Source: an uncultured archaeon (GTDB taxonomy: Archaea > Thermoproteota > Bathyarchaeia > Bathyarchaeales > Bathycorpusculaceae). Taken from it: a stretch of DNA of 64,000 bases. Position numbers and translations under genes: made by a program. Every line of letters starts with the position of its first letter. Position 1 is the first letter of the stretch. Of this stretch, positions 63,123-64,000 are shown piece after piece. The stretch is from NCBI GenBank assembly GCA_963782915.1, contig CAWALK010000024.1, forward strand, positions 1-64,000, given 5' to 3'. The notes under the pieces are model-generated. The model worked only from the letters and a program-made list of their open reading frames with translations. It was not told where the DNA came from and made no database searches.

Positions 63123-63653
63123 ATGCGATGCGAAGTTTGCGGTAGAAAAATACATTCTGACCCTGTACGAGCAAATATTGAAGGCGCAAAATTAACCGTT
63201 TGCGTAGAATGCTCCAAACACGGCAAAGTCATCTATGAAGATGCCCCTACGCAGCAGTCCAGTCCTAGCCCAACTAAATCGTATGCGCATATTCCAGTTA
63301 TCATGAGAAAACCGCCTGTTGCCCAAGTGCAGATAAGCCAAGAAGTCGTCGAAGACTACGCATCCAAAATCCGTGTAGCAAGAGAGAAACTGGGTTTATC
63401 ACATGAGGATCTTGGCAAAAAAATTAACGAGAAAGCCTCCTTACTAAGACACGTCGAAACAGGCAAAATGGCTCCTAACAATCAACTTGCAAACAAACTG
63501 GAGCATGTTCTAAAAATCAAGTTGATGGTTCAGATTGAAAACGAAAAAGCTACAGCTACTCCAACAAAGCCCGCTGAAGGGTTAACTTTGGGGGACCTCA
63601 TCGACATGAGTAAAACAGATGAGGAGGCGCCCACTAAACGAAAGCGATCTTAG
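63123..63653 (+). CDS. archaeal multiprotein bridging factor aMBF1
   Basis: CEVCG..IEGA...VC..C Zn ribbon + Cro HTH + LTLGD. Confidence 0.92.
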   Translation: MRCEVCGRKIHSDPVRANIEGAKLTVCVECSKHGKVIYEDAPTQQSSPSPTKSYAHIPVIMRKPPVAQVQISQEVVEDYASKIRVAREKLGLSHEDLGKKINEKASLLRHVETGKMAPNNQLANKLEHVLKIKLMVQIENEKATATPTKPAEGLTLGDLIDMSKTDEEAPTKRKRS

Positions 63654-64000
63654 TCCAGCGTAGACTTAACCGTGAAGAATCCACTTTACCTGAGCTGGAG
63701 AGTTTAGCCGAAACAGCCGGCTACCTCGTCGTCGGCAAAATGGAGCAGACAAGACTCCCCGATTCACGTTACCAAATTGGCGCAGGCAAAGTTGAAGAAC
63801 TCGCCAGAATGGCTGAAGAGTTAGGCGCTGAAAAAATAATTTTTGACAATACCCTTCGCACGCTGCAAACCTACAATTTGGCGAAAGCGACGAAGGTAGA
63901 AGTTATTGACCGCTTCCAGCTTATTCTTGGAGCTTTTCAGGAAACGCGCCACCACAACTGAAGCGCAAATGCAAATCCAACTTGCCACCCTCCAAAACGA
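63641..64000 (+). CDS. hflX: GTPase HflX, 3'-truncated by window edge (start uncertain)
   Basis: EL..LAETAGY, IG.GKVEEL, IFDN.L...Q.YNL, VIDR.QLIL, EA..QI.LA.L. Confidence 0.9.

Noticed and set aside
10053-64000. About 20 frameshifted genes as pseudogenes or programmed frameshifting
   Set aside because: They hit essential genes (thrS, fen), share no slippery motif and leave the proteins otherwise intact; uncorrected long-read indels explain them best.

Overview
The window joins two unrelated genomes. Bases 1 to ~5845 are very GC-rich (about 70% by eye) actinobacterial DNA, probably Thermoleophilia/Solirubrobacterales-like. They carry the gltD 3' end, a flippase-like membrane protein, a monooxygenase remnant, TetR, a CGNR Zn-finger protein and an aGPT-Pplase3-like protein. 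Bases ~5845-64000 are AT-richer archaeal DNA with Bathyarchaeia-like gene content. Core genes include cdc48, EF-1beta, fen, glmS, trm5, rtcA, proS, thrS, NAC, aMBF1 and hflX, alongside arcadin-1, three paralogous secreted PQQ-like beta-propeller proteins and two TrmB regulators. The join falls in frame inside a DUF1998 helicase and is most likely an assembly or read chimera. About 20 archaeal genes, including essential ones, carry single-base frameshifts that I read as sequencing errors. The strongest unannotated signals are: (1) a free-standing canonical bulge-helix-bulge RNA at 56136-56236, predicted to splice into an 80-nt circle; (2) a 3.3-kb island between tRNA-Leu-like fragments, encoding a membrane-anchored Mrr-like plus TIR-like protein, a HEXXH peptidase and a divergent TFS; (3) a compact RNA with two potential pseudoknots beside rtcA; (4) a dispersed TATA-G-rich-GAGCAA repeat family; (5) two C/D-box guide RNAs and a fluoride riboswitch. 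All family assignments come from motif recognition by eye, not database searches.
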